64,000 nucleotides of DNA from Nitrosarchaeum sp. (GTDB taxonomy: Archaea; Thermoproteota; Nitrososphaeria; Nitrososphaerales; Nitrosopumilaceae), in contig OZ245020.1 of assembly GCA_965223865.1 (NCBI GenBank), positions 1,536,001 through 1,600,000 on the forward strand, written 5' to 3'. The notes beneath the pieces were generated by a model that worked only from the letters and a program-made list of their open reading frames with translations, did not search any database and was not told the DNA's origin. Both the position numbers and the translations under genes were made by a program. Positions 49,774-59,450 of this stretch are shown here, piece after piece; position 1 is the first letter of the stretch; every line of letters begins with the position of its first letter.

Positions 49774-52219
49774 TTTTTGCCTCCCTGACCTTGCTTGGAG
49801 GAGTCCATCTCTTTAGGAGTAGAGAGCTAGATACAACAGAGACAGAACTTGCAGCCATTGCTAATCCTGCAAGTGCAGGATAGAGCAATCCAATTCCGGC
49901 TACAGGAATCAAAATTGTATTGTAAACAAATGCATAAAACAAATTGTATTTTATTTTGCTGATTGTTTTTTTGCTGATTTCTATTGCAGAAACCACATCT
50001 TTTAGCTCTTCTCTTACAAGAATAATCATTCCAGCTTCCAAAGCAATGTCTGTACCACCTCCAATTGCAATTCCAACATCAGATTGAGTAAGTGCTGGAG
50101 CATCATTGATACCATCCCCAACCATTGCAACAATTTTTCCTTGATCCTGAATTTTTTTTACTTCATCAACTTTTTCTGAGGGAATAACGTTTGCCACAAT
50201 TTTTTCAATACCCAAGTCCTTCCCAATTGTCTTTGCAGTTTTTTCATTATCGCCTGTTAGCATTACAACTTCAATTCCTAACTTTTTTAACAAAGAAACA
50301 GTTTCTTTGGAGTCTCTTTTTGGCATATCTAAAAATGAGATAATACCTATCGGTTTGTTATCCAATGCGATTATTGAAACAGTCTTTCCTTGTTCTTGCA
50401 GTTTGATAACATCTTGCATTGCATTTTTGATTTCAATTTTTTCTTTTTCAAACAACTTTGGATTTCCAACAACAATTGTTTTATTTTCAAAAGTAGCTCT
50501 TACCCCACCTCCTGGAATGGATTCAAATGTGTCAGGATCTTTTACATCAATTTTGTTTTTTATTGCTTGTTTGACTACTGATTTTGATAGAGGATGCTCA
50601 GAATTTTTTTCGGCAATAGCTGCAAATCGTAAAACATCAGATTTTTCAATTGGCACATCTTGTTTCACAGTAAGAATATCTGAAATCTTTGGTTTTCCTT
50701 CTGTCAGAGTTCCTGTTTTATCAAAAACAATTGTCTGAACTTTGCCCAACAATTCAAGTCCTTGACCACCCTTGAAAATTACTCCATTTTGGGCAGCTTT
50801 TCCCATCCCCACCATGACTGCTGTAGGGGTTGCCAACCCCAATGCACATGGACATGCTACCACAAGGATAGCCACAGTAGGAATAATTGCAGCCAATATC
50901 AAGCCAGGAGCTCCAAAGAAATACCATGCAAGAAAAGTAATTATTGCCACGCCTATTACAATGAATGAAAAATATCCTGCAATTTTGTCTACCATCTTTT
51001 GCATTGGAGGTTTTCGGCCCATTGCGTCTTCAACCAATCCAACAACTTGAGAAAGGAACGTGTCACTTCCAACTTTGAGTGTCTTTAACAATAACGAACC
51101 TTCTTTGTTGATAGTTCCCCCAATGACTTTGTCATTGATCTTTTTAGTTACGGGCAAGGACTCGCCAGTTACCATGGATTCATCCACTGCTGAAATTCCT
51201 TCAATTACAATAGAATCTACGGGGATTTTTTCTCCAGGCTTAACAATTACAATATCTCCTTGCTGTAATAGTTCAATGGGAATATCTTCTTCGTTTTCTC
51301 CTCTTTTCACTCTAGCAACCTTTGGTTGAAGCTCTAACATTTTTCGGATAACTGAGGATGCCTTTCCTTTGGTTTTGTTTTCCAGATATTTTCCCAATAA
51401 AATGAATGTGATCACCATGACTGCTGCCATGTAATGAATATTTTCCCATACTGGAATAGGAAATGTGTTGACTGCGCTGAAAACATAAGCAGTTGTTGTT
51501 CCAAGAACAATCAGGGTATCCATGTTTGCTGATTTCATTTTGGCCATCTTGAAGGCACCGACATAAAATCGCCAGCCCATTCCAATCTGAACTACACTTG
51601 CGCATGCAAAAGAAAAGTAGGCTCCCTCAATTGTTCCTGCGTAAGGAAATCCAAGATACATTCTGGAGAGCTCACCTAAGAGTACAACAGGAATTGAAAA
51701 AATCACCCCAATAATAAACAGCCGTTTGATTTTTTTTGCTTCAATCTCTTCAGCAGAAGCTGAGAGATCTTCACTGAGAATTTCAAAACCTGAATCTGTG
51801 ACATATTTTCGAATGTCTGATAATGAAAGCAAGGCGGGATTGTATTCAACACGAATTTGCCCTGTTCCAAAATTTACGGATGAGAATCGTACACCTTCTT
51901 TTTTTGCCAACAAAGTTTCTAACTTTTGAGCATCACTGGCATCAGATATTCCTGATACTACCAACATCAATTTTTCATAAACTACTTTGTATCCTGCATC
52001 AGTAACTGCTTTTTCAAGTATGTCTAGGTTAACTTTAGATGGATCATATTGCATGACGGCTTTTTCAGCACCTAAATTAACATCACATTTTTCTACGCCT
52101 GGAATATTTGAAACATGTTTTTGGATTGCAGAAACACACCCTGCACAGGTCATTCCACCAATTTTTACTACTGCCCTTTTTTGAGACTCTAATTTTGATT
52201 TATTCATTTTATCCACCAT
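49766..52219 (-). CDS. copA: Cu(I)-translocating P1B ATPase
   Basis: GMTCAGC HMA domain plus a second Cys-less HMA, TGES, CPC, DKTGT, SEHP, YN and MAASS. Confidence 0.93.
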   Translation of the reverse strand: MVDKMNKSKLESQKRAVVKIGGMTCAGCVSAIQKHVSNIPGVEKCDVNLGAEKAVMQYDPSKVNLDILEKAVTDAGYKVVYEKLMLVVSGISDASDAQKLETLLAKKEGVRFSSVNFGTGQIRVEYNPALLSLSDIRKYVTDSGFEILSEDLSASAEEIEAKKIKRLFIIGVIFSIPVVLLGELSRMYLGFPYAGTIEGAYFSFACASVVQIGMGWRFYVGAFKMAKMKSANMDTLIVLGTTTAYVFSAVNTFPIPVWENIHYMAAVMVITFILLGKYLENKTKGKASSVIRKMLELQPKVARVKRGENEEDIPIELLQQGDIVIVKPGEKIPVDSIVIEGISAVDESMVTGESLPVTKKINDKVIGGTINKEGSLLLKTLKVGSDTFLSQVVGLVEDAMGRKPPMQKMVDKIAGYFSFIVIGVAIITFLAWYFFGAPGLILAAIIPTVAILVVACPCALGLATPTAVMVGMGKAAQNGVIFKGGQGLELLGKVQTIVFDKTGTLTEGKPKISDILTVKQDVPIEKSDVLRFAAIAEKNSEHPLSKSVVKQAIKNKIDVKDPDTFESIPGGGVRATFENKTIVVGNPKLFEKEKIEIKNAMQDVIKLQEQGKTVSIIALDNKPIGIISFLDMPKRDSKETVSLLKKLGIEVVMLTGDNEKTAKTIGKDLGIEKIVANVIPSEKVDEVKKIQDQGKIVAMVGDGINDAPALTQSDVGIAIGGGTDIALEAGMIILVREELKDVVSAIEISKKTISKIKYNLFYAFVYNTILIPVAGIGLLYPALAGLAMAASSVSVVSSSLLLKRWTPPSKVREAKIA

Positions 52220-52291
52220 TGATTCTTCGCAATTCGTGTTGTTTTGGAAGTCAAAAAGAAAAAAAGAATTTACGCATATACACTTCTGAAT

Positions 52292-52588
52292 TTAGCTTGA
52301 ACCAGCAACAGAATTGAAGAATTTAGGTCCTTCAGGATCTCTCTCCATGTAACTTCTGGCTTGCTCATGCATTTTACCATGAGTTTCACTAGAATGTAGT
52401 TTGTCAAACTGTTCTTTGCTGTCCCATTCGGCTACAATTGTATATGTGCCCTCTTCGGATTCCAAAAGCCTTCTGGATACAAATCCATCATTTTTTGAAA
52501 TCTCCTTGTTTGATTCATTAAACCAATTCTTAAAATCAGCAATAGAATCTTTCTTTATTGGTACGTTGCTATGAATTGCTACGAACAT
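52292..52588 (-). CDS. ABM (antibiotic biosynthesis monooxygenase)-fold protein
   Basis: DGFVSRRLL..YTIVAEWDSKE..HSSETHGKMH; box A at 52631-52644. Confidence 0.85.
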   Translation of the reverse strand: MFVAIHSNVPIKKDSIADFKNWFNESNKEISKNDGFVSRRLLESEEGTYTIVAEWDSKEQFDKLHSSETHGKMHEQARSYMERDPEGPKFFNSVAGSS

Positions 52589-52757
52589 GTTGTAATTGTC
52601 ACATTTCCATAATTAAGGAAGTATCACAATTTCCAATGTTGGTTGTAGTGTTGGTTCATTCGATAAAAGTACCAAAAAGCTAAAGAAGGATTTGTGAGAC
52701 AGCAAGGTCTTAGCTATTTTTTGCTCTAACTTTTTGTTTAATTTTAAAATAATATCG

Positions 52758-54272
52758 TCATTTTATAATCATATCCAAAAAGATTGTTTTTACTACAAGT
52801 CCGTTTGATGCGCTAATTGCAAGTGTATGATTGCTTGATGACATGTTATCATTGGTCAGTGTCAAGTTTATGATCTTTGAATTTTCTATTTCGTTTAGAT
52901 CAATAGTATCCGAAGGAAATGATGATGTCATATTTACCAGCTTCCCTGAAATTCCTATCGAACTTGATGTAGTTAAGTGAATTTTGGAATGGTCACCATA
53001 GCTCCATAAATTTTCAAATTCTGTATTTTTTGATAATGTGATTTTTACCGTCTTTTTGGATTTGTCAAGTGGAGATTCAAACTCTATTATGTTAGTATCT
53101 GAGCTAATCTCAAAGGGAAGCAGCAAACTTTTATCCACAACCCCAATCTTTCCAAGATTCCACTCAGAAAACCAAAGGTTATCGTGATTGGTAGGATCCG
53201 TATCTATGTTAAGAATCTGAACCAAAAAACCATCTTTGGGCCTACTTTGAATCTCGTATTCTGTTAATGTGTTATCTGTCAAATTGAAAAAAGCCACTCT
53301 GTTTCCAGTGTGTTCATTGAACCATATCCCTTCATTATCGCCGCTTGCTCTTAGCCAAAAAGGCAGTGATGTTCCAACCTGTGATAGTGGAGAGGTGGGA
53401 TATCTCTTCCATTCTTTTGTACTCATATCATATTCAGTCAGAAAACTGGTTCCATGCTCAGTAGTCCATAATGTGTCATTTAGAATCAGAATATCTGTGG
53501 GGGATGCTGGAAAAAGACTTTCATGGTCGGGGATTTCAAGGGATTTCTTTAGATCTAAAACATCACCAAATTCATCTCTAATCACTAAAAATTTTACAAT
53601 CTTGTTATCTGTTATTTGAGAGACCCATACAGCATCTTCTGATTTATCTAAAACTATTCCACTGGGTCCTGTATTTTCTCCAACATCAAATTCTGAAATC
53701 TCAAATATGTCTAGATTAGGATTTTTTTGTACAACTCCAACTTTGTTACTTTGCAAAGCAGTGTACCAGATTTCCCCTGTATTAAGATCGGACTTCATCT
53801 GAAAGGGAGCAACACTTGTGTAATTGAAAGATGTAAATTTTTTTGTTTCAGGATTGAATTGCAGTAGGTGATTAGCACCTGTTCTTGAAAACCAAATTGT
53901 TCCATCATTATTTTGTAGTATTGACCATGTCATCTAGTTATTGTCATTTTGATCAATATTGTTTTGATTGATCAAATATGATGCAATTATCTTCTCACTT
54001 GCAGGATCAAAATGCACCAATCGAGGAAGATTTGTGTCTGTAATCCAAATTGTACCTTTTTCATCTATCTCAATTGCATTGGGAAATACATTTTCTTGTA
54101 ACTGATATTCTTTTACATATGAGATTTTTTGCTTTGGCTCATTGAAATGTGGCACATTTATTGGAATAGATTCAATATCATCCGATTCTTGTGATGTTAA
54201 TTCATCAGCAATAAAGTATGAAACAATTGCAATAATGCCAATCATTATTGCAATAGCCTGAACTCTTCTCAT
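52758..54272 (-). pseudogene. Vgb-like beta-propeller surface protein interrupted by an in-frame TAG
   Basis: ORFs 53934-54272 and 52758-53933 are in the same frame, separated only by TAG; WFNEHTGN-type blades. Confidence 0.75.
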
Positions 54273-54293
54273 TTAGTATGCCTCATTAGATAT

Positions 54294-54410
54294 TCAATCA
54301 TGACTAATTTTGATTTTTATGACCTGCAAGCAAAAGATACAAACATCATAGTAAACATTCCAGATTTTTCGTTCACATCCACAATTACAACAACATTTCT
54401 TGTCTTGCAA
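54294..54410 (-). CDS. Cys-rich microprotein (CxCNCGC type)
   Basis: MQDKKCCCNCGCERKIWNVYYDVCIFC... (TTG start); directly downstream of the CBS gene. Confidence 0.45.
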   Translation of the reverse strand: MQDKKCCCNCGCERKIWNVYYDVCIFCLQVIKIKISHD

Positions 54411-54419
54411 GGCTAGCTT

Positions 54420-54938
54420 TTACTCATTGTATTCAAAAAATTCTTCACATTTGTAACAGTATAATCTATGTGTACCATCAGTCAGTTCTGTCTTGACAAG
54501 ATCAACTTCAGTATGAAGAGGACAGGTTCCCTTGATTTGTTCATTTGTTGAGAATCTAAAAAAACGCAAAATATCGGTTGCTGTAATGATGCCGGAAATC
54601 TCTCCTGCATCAAAAACTGGAATCTTTCTTATCTTTTTTTCAATCATGATATCAGATACTTGCAAAACTGACTCTTCAGGTGAAACATGAATAACAGGTG
54701 AAGTCATTACTTCAGAAATTTTTGTAGATGGAGAAATTTCATTGGAAATTACTTTGACTGCAAAATCTCTTTCAGTCATAATTCCAACAGGTTTGCTATT
54801 CTTCATTATTACTACTGAACCAACTCCATCATCTTCCATTATTTTTGCTGCTTGTTGTATGGTGTGTTCTGAATGAACCATCTCCACATCTTTTGTCATT
54901 AAATTTTTCACTGGAATTTTTGAAGGATCATTTCTCAA
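54420..54938 (-). CDS. CBS-pair protein with a C-terminal zinc ribbon
   Basis: PVGIMTERDF, GIITATDI; CPLH...CYKC; start placed at TTG 54938 (box A 45 bp upstream). Confidence 0.9.
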   Translation of the reverse strand: MRNDPSKIPVKNLMTKDVEMVHSEHTIQQAAKIMEDDGVGSVVIMKNSKPVGIMTERDFAVKVISNEISPSTKISEVMTSPVIHVSPEESVLQVSDIMIEKKIRKIPVFDAGEISGIITATDILRFFRFSTNEQIKGTCPLHTEVDLVKTELTDGTHRLYCYKCEEFFEYNE

Positions 54939-55015
54939 GATAAACAAGATATACTTCAAATCAATTTAACATACAAGATAATTTTCAAACTTGAAAGAAA
55001 CTATATGCTGTACAA

Positions 55016-55321
55016 TTACTCTTGAAAATAAAAAGTATCGTATTTTTCATGTAATTTTCTTACTTGTTTTTTACAAATAATCCAGAATTGTTTGTATTCT
55101 CCGTCAGTCATTGAACGTCCGTAACTGGAATAAAACCACTTTACAAACTCATCTTCTATTTTGCCAAACACAAATCCCAGATGAAAGTCCTCTGAGATTT
55201 TTATTCCAAATTGTCTTTTTGGTTGTAAATCGTCCCATCTTGAAGACATTCCTTCAAAGGAGTACTGAGAATTTTCAAGTAGGTTTTCTAGATATTTTAT
55301 TGCAGTATCTTCAAGTTTCAT
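55016..55321 (-). CDS. Hypothetical protein
   Basis: 101-aa ATG ORF starting about 10 bp after the upstream gene's stop. Confidence 0.7.
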   Translation of the reverse strand: MKLEDTAIKYLENLLENSQYSFEGMSSRWDDLQPKRQFGIKISEDFHLGFVFGKIEDEFVKWFYSSYGRSMTDGEYKQFWIICKKQVRKLHEKYDTFYFQE

Positions 55322-55331
55322 GCTTATGATA

Positions 55332-56912
55332 TTATTCTAGAATTGTTCCCCAACCACGCTCAGCAAGCTTCTTTGCAGTGGCAGGAAGGGTGCATGCAAT
55401 CTTGCCCTTTATGCTCTCAATCCAAACTTTACCTTCACAGATAATGTCTTTTGACATCATTTCAGGCTCTGTAGTCATTGTGCTTTGTAATGATTCACCT
55501 ATCTCTTGTGCAGATATGGTTCCAGAAACTGTCATGGTTTGTGCATTTTTTGGTATTTGAAGCGAGATCATACGTGTCTTTTCGCCCAGTTTGAATTCCT
55601 CATGAGTGATAGAATTTCCATCTAATCTTACATCAAACTTTGCGTCATCGCCATCACTTTGTTTTGCATCCAAGACATTTCGTGGAATTTGTATGGCAAC
55701 TTTTCCTCCATCTTCTGTTTCTAGATTTAGCATAAGCATGTTTGATTGAGTGTTAACAAATGCATCAGATGCTGTGACATCCTGTCCATGAAAGTGAATC
55801 AAATCCAAAAAGACAGCCGGGGTCTCGAGTGTAACTACAGGCAATGAAATAGAAATTGATTCAGGTCCCAATATCAAAATCTCATCAGTTGCCTTTAAGG
55901 ATGCATAAAACTTGTGTGTGTTTGGATTTACTTCAAGATCCCATGATTTAGAGTCAACATCCCAACTTGAGACAATCTCATTTGTGTTGCCATCTATTTT
56001 TACAATCTTGTTTTGTGTAAGATAAGAAGCAAAAATTTGGTGTTCTGCCGTATCCACCGCAATTGCTTGTGCCCTATCACCTAGAGAAATAGTATCAACA
56101 ACTTCTTTTTCTAAAATGTTGATAACTGTAATACAGTCGCAGCCTCGATTAGTTACATAAGCTAGATGCCATAATGGATCAATATCTAAACCCCAAGGAG
56201 CTCCCAAAACTTGAATAGTTTCAGTAATTTGATGTACTGGAGTAGAAGAGTGTTGTGTACGCGGCACTTGCTCTAAAAATGAAATTTCATTTCCTGCAAG
56301 ACTTGCAACGATTACGGTATTAGTTATAGGGTCTGCACGTACAGTAAATGGATGTCTTGGCACAGGCACAGTTTCAATTACTTCATCGTTATTTCCGTCT
56401 ATGACGTAAATCAAATGTGAGTTGTAATCGGCCACGTAAAGTAGTTGGTTTGTTGGGTTGTAATCAATCGACCAACCACCTGTTAGAAAGTGCAAATCTG
56501 ATCTATGTCCATAAGGTTGGTTTGATGTGGTCTGAATTGTAATCTCAGATTCTGGCAAAGGAATGGTCTTTATGAGTAGTTTTGTGCTTAATGCGTAGAC
56601 GTCAATGCCTCCACTCTCAAATGCAGCAACGTAAATCTTATTTTTATCAGGAACTGGCTTGATGTCCATTATTCCTGATGAGGACGTGGTGATAAAACCA
56701 GCATCTTTGTTATTTTTTATATCAATTATTGATACTCGTGGATACTCAAAACTTGACACATAGAGGGAATCATCTACTAGTGCCATGTTCATTGGAGTAC
56801 CTGTAACAGGGATTTTTTCTAAGACATGATGAGCAAAAGCACTTTCTTCTTGATTAGCATAAACTGAGAATGTAATTACAAAAATTAAGATACTTACTAG
56901 AAGAATTTTCAT
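55332..56912 (-). CDS. Secreted YVTN/YncE beta-propeller protein with thaumarchaeal C-terminal domains
   Basis: Signal ..AFA|HH, YVAD/YVTN blades, IPRNVLDAK domain, KKLAERGWG tail; start placed at ATG 56912. Confidence 0.88.
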   Translation of the reverse strand: MKILLVSILIFVITFSVYANQEESAFAHHVLEKIPVTGTPMNMALVDDSLYVSSFEYPRVSIIDIKNNKDAGFITTSSSGIMDIKPVPDKNKIYVAAFESGGIDVYALSTKLLIKTIPLPESEITIQTTSNQPYGHRSDLHFLTGGWSIDYNPTNQLLYVADYNSHLIYVIDGNNDEVIETVPVPRHPFTVRADPITNTVIVASLAGNEISFLEQVPRTQHSSTPVHQITETIQVLGAPWGLDIDPLWHLAYVTNRGCDCITVINILEKEVVDTISLGDRAQAIAVDTAEHQIFASYLTQNKIVKIDGNTNEIVSSWDVDSKSWDLEVNPNTHKFYASLKATDEILILGPESISISLPVVTLETPAVFLDLIHFHGQDVTASDAFVNTQSNMLMLNLETEDGGKVAIQIPRNVLDAKQSDGDDAKFDVRLDGNSITHEEFKLGEKTRMISLQIPKNAQTMTVSGTISAQEIGESLQSTMTTEPEMMSKDIICEGKVWIESIKGKIACTLPATAKKLAERGWGTILE

Positions 56913-57246
56913 GATTTTTGTAAAAAAATACAAAATAAAAGAGAGCATCACAATTTCCAATTTTGGGTTTTAGAAGATATTCGGATTTGAAAACTCTGAA
57001 AATAAAAAAACAGATCCGTTATATCTAGAATCAAGCATATTATTTTGATGATAATACACTGTGAATGTGGAATTTGTAGACACCAAGTTGAACCTGAATG
57101 CATCGAAAAAGAATGTCAGTGTTGTTCTAATTTCCACTTGCGTTCTGGATAACACGCTGAAATTTTAATTATAATCAGAACTTGTAGTTTTACAAGTTTT
57201 ACTAAAAAGAATTATTTCATCTGTTATCCACTAGATCTGAAATTTC

Positions 57247-57597
57247 TTAACTTCGGATAATCGGACTTGCTCTACCAGATATTTTCACAATATCAGAATC
57301 AGATGCAATTTTAGCTACTTGTTCTAAGTTCAACCTACTCATTGCAAGAAGAGCAGTTTCAGCCGTGGATTCTGCTTCCAATGCAAACTTGTCTCTTAAT
57401 TCATTGAGTTTCCTATTCATATCCAAACCTGATTTGTATTCTATGACAAGAGTCACTTGAGGTTCTTTGACGTATTCCGAAGCCAGTTTTCTTTCCAGAT
57501 ACATTACTCTATGTACAAAATTAGGATCTACATTTGGTAATTTGCTTTGCAGGTTTGACAAGTACTGATCGTAAATAGATTCTATTTCTTGACTCAT
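57247..57597 (-). CDS. Hypothetical protein
   Basis: 116-aa ATG ORF; box A-like site 43 bp upstream. Confidence 0.7.
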   Translation of the reverse strand: MSQEIESIYDQYLSNLQSKLPNVDPNFVHRVMYLERKLASEYVKEPQVTLVIEYKSGLDMNRKLNELRDKFALEAESTAETALLAMSRLNLEQVAKIASDSDIVKISGRASPIIRS

Positions 57598-57678
57598 GAC
57601 ATATCAACCATTTCGATAATTATAAAACAAATTGATGAATATCACATATGATTTTCAAATTACAATAAATGCTATGGT

Positions 57679-58086
57679 TTAGAACCAAAAAGTATTTCCA
57701 TTTTTCATTACTGACAATTGCGAAGAACTTTGATATTCTGATGCACCATGCCAGTGAATAGTGCCAGAAGGAATCAACACTGCATCATTTTCTTCTAATT
57801 CAATTGATTTTTCTATTCTGAGATTTGCCTTTGTATTGTCACTGATGGGGTCAATTCCAGAATATGCAACAAGATGACCTTTTCCTTTAATGGCAACAAT
57901 AATCTGATCAGAGTCATGAAGGTGGAGTTTTGATCTTGAACCCTTCTCAAAATCAATAAAGTACATCTTTAATTCTGATGTGGATAGTTTTTCAGATAAT
58001 CTGTTTAGTCTAATTTTGCCTAGCTTGTGACCCGTTTTATCAATTTCTAACTTTTGATTGATTTTGATTTTCTTAATGCTGTTCAT
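57679..58086 (-). CDS. Cupin-domain protein
   Basis: SKLHLHDSDQII..G.G, IPSGTIHWHGA; start placed at ATG 58086. Confidence 0.88.
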   Translation of the reverse strand: MNSIKKIKINQKLEIDKTGHKLGKIRLNRLSEKLSTSELKMYFIDFEKGSRSKLHLHDSDQIIVAIKGKGHLVAYSGIDPISDNTKANLRIEKSIELEENDAVLIPSGTIHWHGASEYQSSSQLSVMKNGNTFWF

Positions 58087-58204
58087 GAATTGGGTGTCTT
58101 GTTCCATCTGGATGAATGCATTCGCCATTCTCATGTTTATGGGTACTCTTATCTCCCTTGCAATGCTCATCTGAGCAGTTACATTCAGTTGCCATGTGTG
58201 CCAT
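58073..58204 (-). CDS. 40-43-aa His/Cys-rich micropeptide, copy 2
   Basis: (MAH)MATECNCSDEHCKGDKSTHKHENGECIHPDGTRHPIHEQH; box A is 43 bp from the second ATG (58195). Confidence 0.8.
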   Translation of the reverse strand: MAHMATECNCSDEHCKGDKSTHKHENGECIHPDGTRHPIHEQH

Positions 58205-58237
58205 GAAGCTAATGTATTATTAAAAAAGATTTATGAT

Positions 58238-58264
58238 TTCCACCAATGATTTCCAAAAAAGGAT
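58238..58264. promoter_or_regulatory. Tandem box A between divergent genes
   Basis: TTCCACCAATGATT / TTCCAAAAAAGGAT; 43 bp from ATG 58195 and from ATG 58307. Confidence 0.6.
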
Positions 58265-58306
58265 TTTGTGTCTCTGTTCTAAATATGGTATTTTACAATT
58301 TTCTAC

Positions 58307-58564
58307 ATGATTCGAGGAGCCCCAAAATTTGTAATGATTGCGTTTTTTGCAATAGGAGTGCTGTTCATTGGATTCTCATTATGGGCCTTGTATCTGACTG
58401 ATATTCCACAAGAACAATTCCTAGAAGATCCGAGATTTGAAGAGGAGTACGTCAAATATTATCAATGGTTGACAATATTTGGGATCGTATTGGTAGCAAT
58501 AGGAGGAGTTTTAGCAGTTCTAGGACGCAAAATGATAGGCAATAAACGATTTAAATTGCAATAA
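58307..58564 (+). CDS. 2-TM membrane protein
   Basis: Two hydrophobic helices flanking an acidic loop. Confidence 0.75.
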   Translation: MIRGAPKFVMIAFFAIGVLFIGFSLWALYLTDIPQEQFLEDPRFEEEYVKYYQWLTIFGIVLVAIGGVLAVLGRKMIGNKRFKLQ

Positions 58565-59053
58565 ATTATTTTATTACCATTTGTTTAATGCATTTCTTTT
58601 TCAGAAAATCTTTAGTAAAATCATAGGAATAGACAGTTGTGAGGCCTCATTGCGAAAAAATCTGGTGGCAGATGAGGTCAAAAACAAATTCTAACCATAT
58701 TATTTTTTATTTTTCTCGATGTCATCAACAAGCAACTCATCTCCAACATAGATGTACGCAAAAAGCTCCTGGTTTCCAGTTGTCTCTATTGTCATCCATC
58801 CTGTGGGACCAAGTCCCTCCAGAACATACATTGTCTCTACCTTGGATGTGTTTCTGTCAATTACCTTGACCCTTGTCCTCTGTATGATTATCTCTTCAGA
58901 ATGTGAAAAGATCCGGATCGGCTCCTGTTTGCCGTCCTTGTTAATTCTGACTAGTTGAATCTTCAGTTAGCAGCACCTTCATTGAATGCAAAGTTAATGC
59001 CATCTTGTTTGAGACAAACCAAATTCAGATTATCCAAACCACTCATTGTTGTG

Positions 59054-59095
59054 GTATACTATTAGTATACTATTGCATATATACTTTTAGTATAC
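59054..59095. promoter_or_regulatory. Paired GTATAC-N5-GTATAC palindromes
   Basis: GTATACTATTAGTATAC and ATATACTTTTAGTATAC between divergent starts. Confidence 0.6.
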
Positions 59096-59103
59096 CGGGA
59101 TTT

Positions 59104-59256
59104 ATGGGCATTGTGAAGAGCATAGAGATTGTTACTAGAGTTTCCAACATGGGAGACAAAAAGATCATAATTATACCAAAACACTATCATGAACTACTGA
59201 AAAAACGCAATCTTTTGGACAAGGAAATAGCTGTTACACTGGAACAGCTTACCTAA
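59104..59256 (+). CDS. AbrB/SpoVT-like small DNA-binding protein
   Basis: TRVSNMGDKKIIIIPK...LLDKEIAVTLEQL. Confidence 0.65.
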   Translation: MGIVKSIEIVTRVSNMGDKKIIIIPKHYHELLKKRNLLDKEIAVTLEQLT

Positions 59257-59450
59257 TTAGTGTTAACATAATCAAGTAGGAACATACAGTGTTAACATAA
59301 GCAATTGAATTTGTGCGCAATTCTTATCTACGATCATTGTGTTATTACTGTCTCATGAGGGAAAGCATGTCAACCCAATTAGAATTCCATATAAAAAACA
59401 GCAAGATGTCAACGCTGAGGCTTACCTATATTCAGAGGTAGGTAATCAAG

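Noticed and set aside
53934-53936. Pyrrolysine/amber readthrough
   Set aside because: No pyl genes in the window, not a methylamine methyltransferase, and many neighbouring genes are also decaying
58087-58170. N-terminal extension of the cupin
   Set aside because: This DNA encodes the His-rich peptide in another frame
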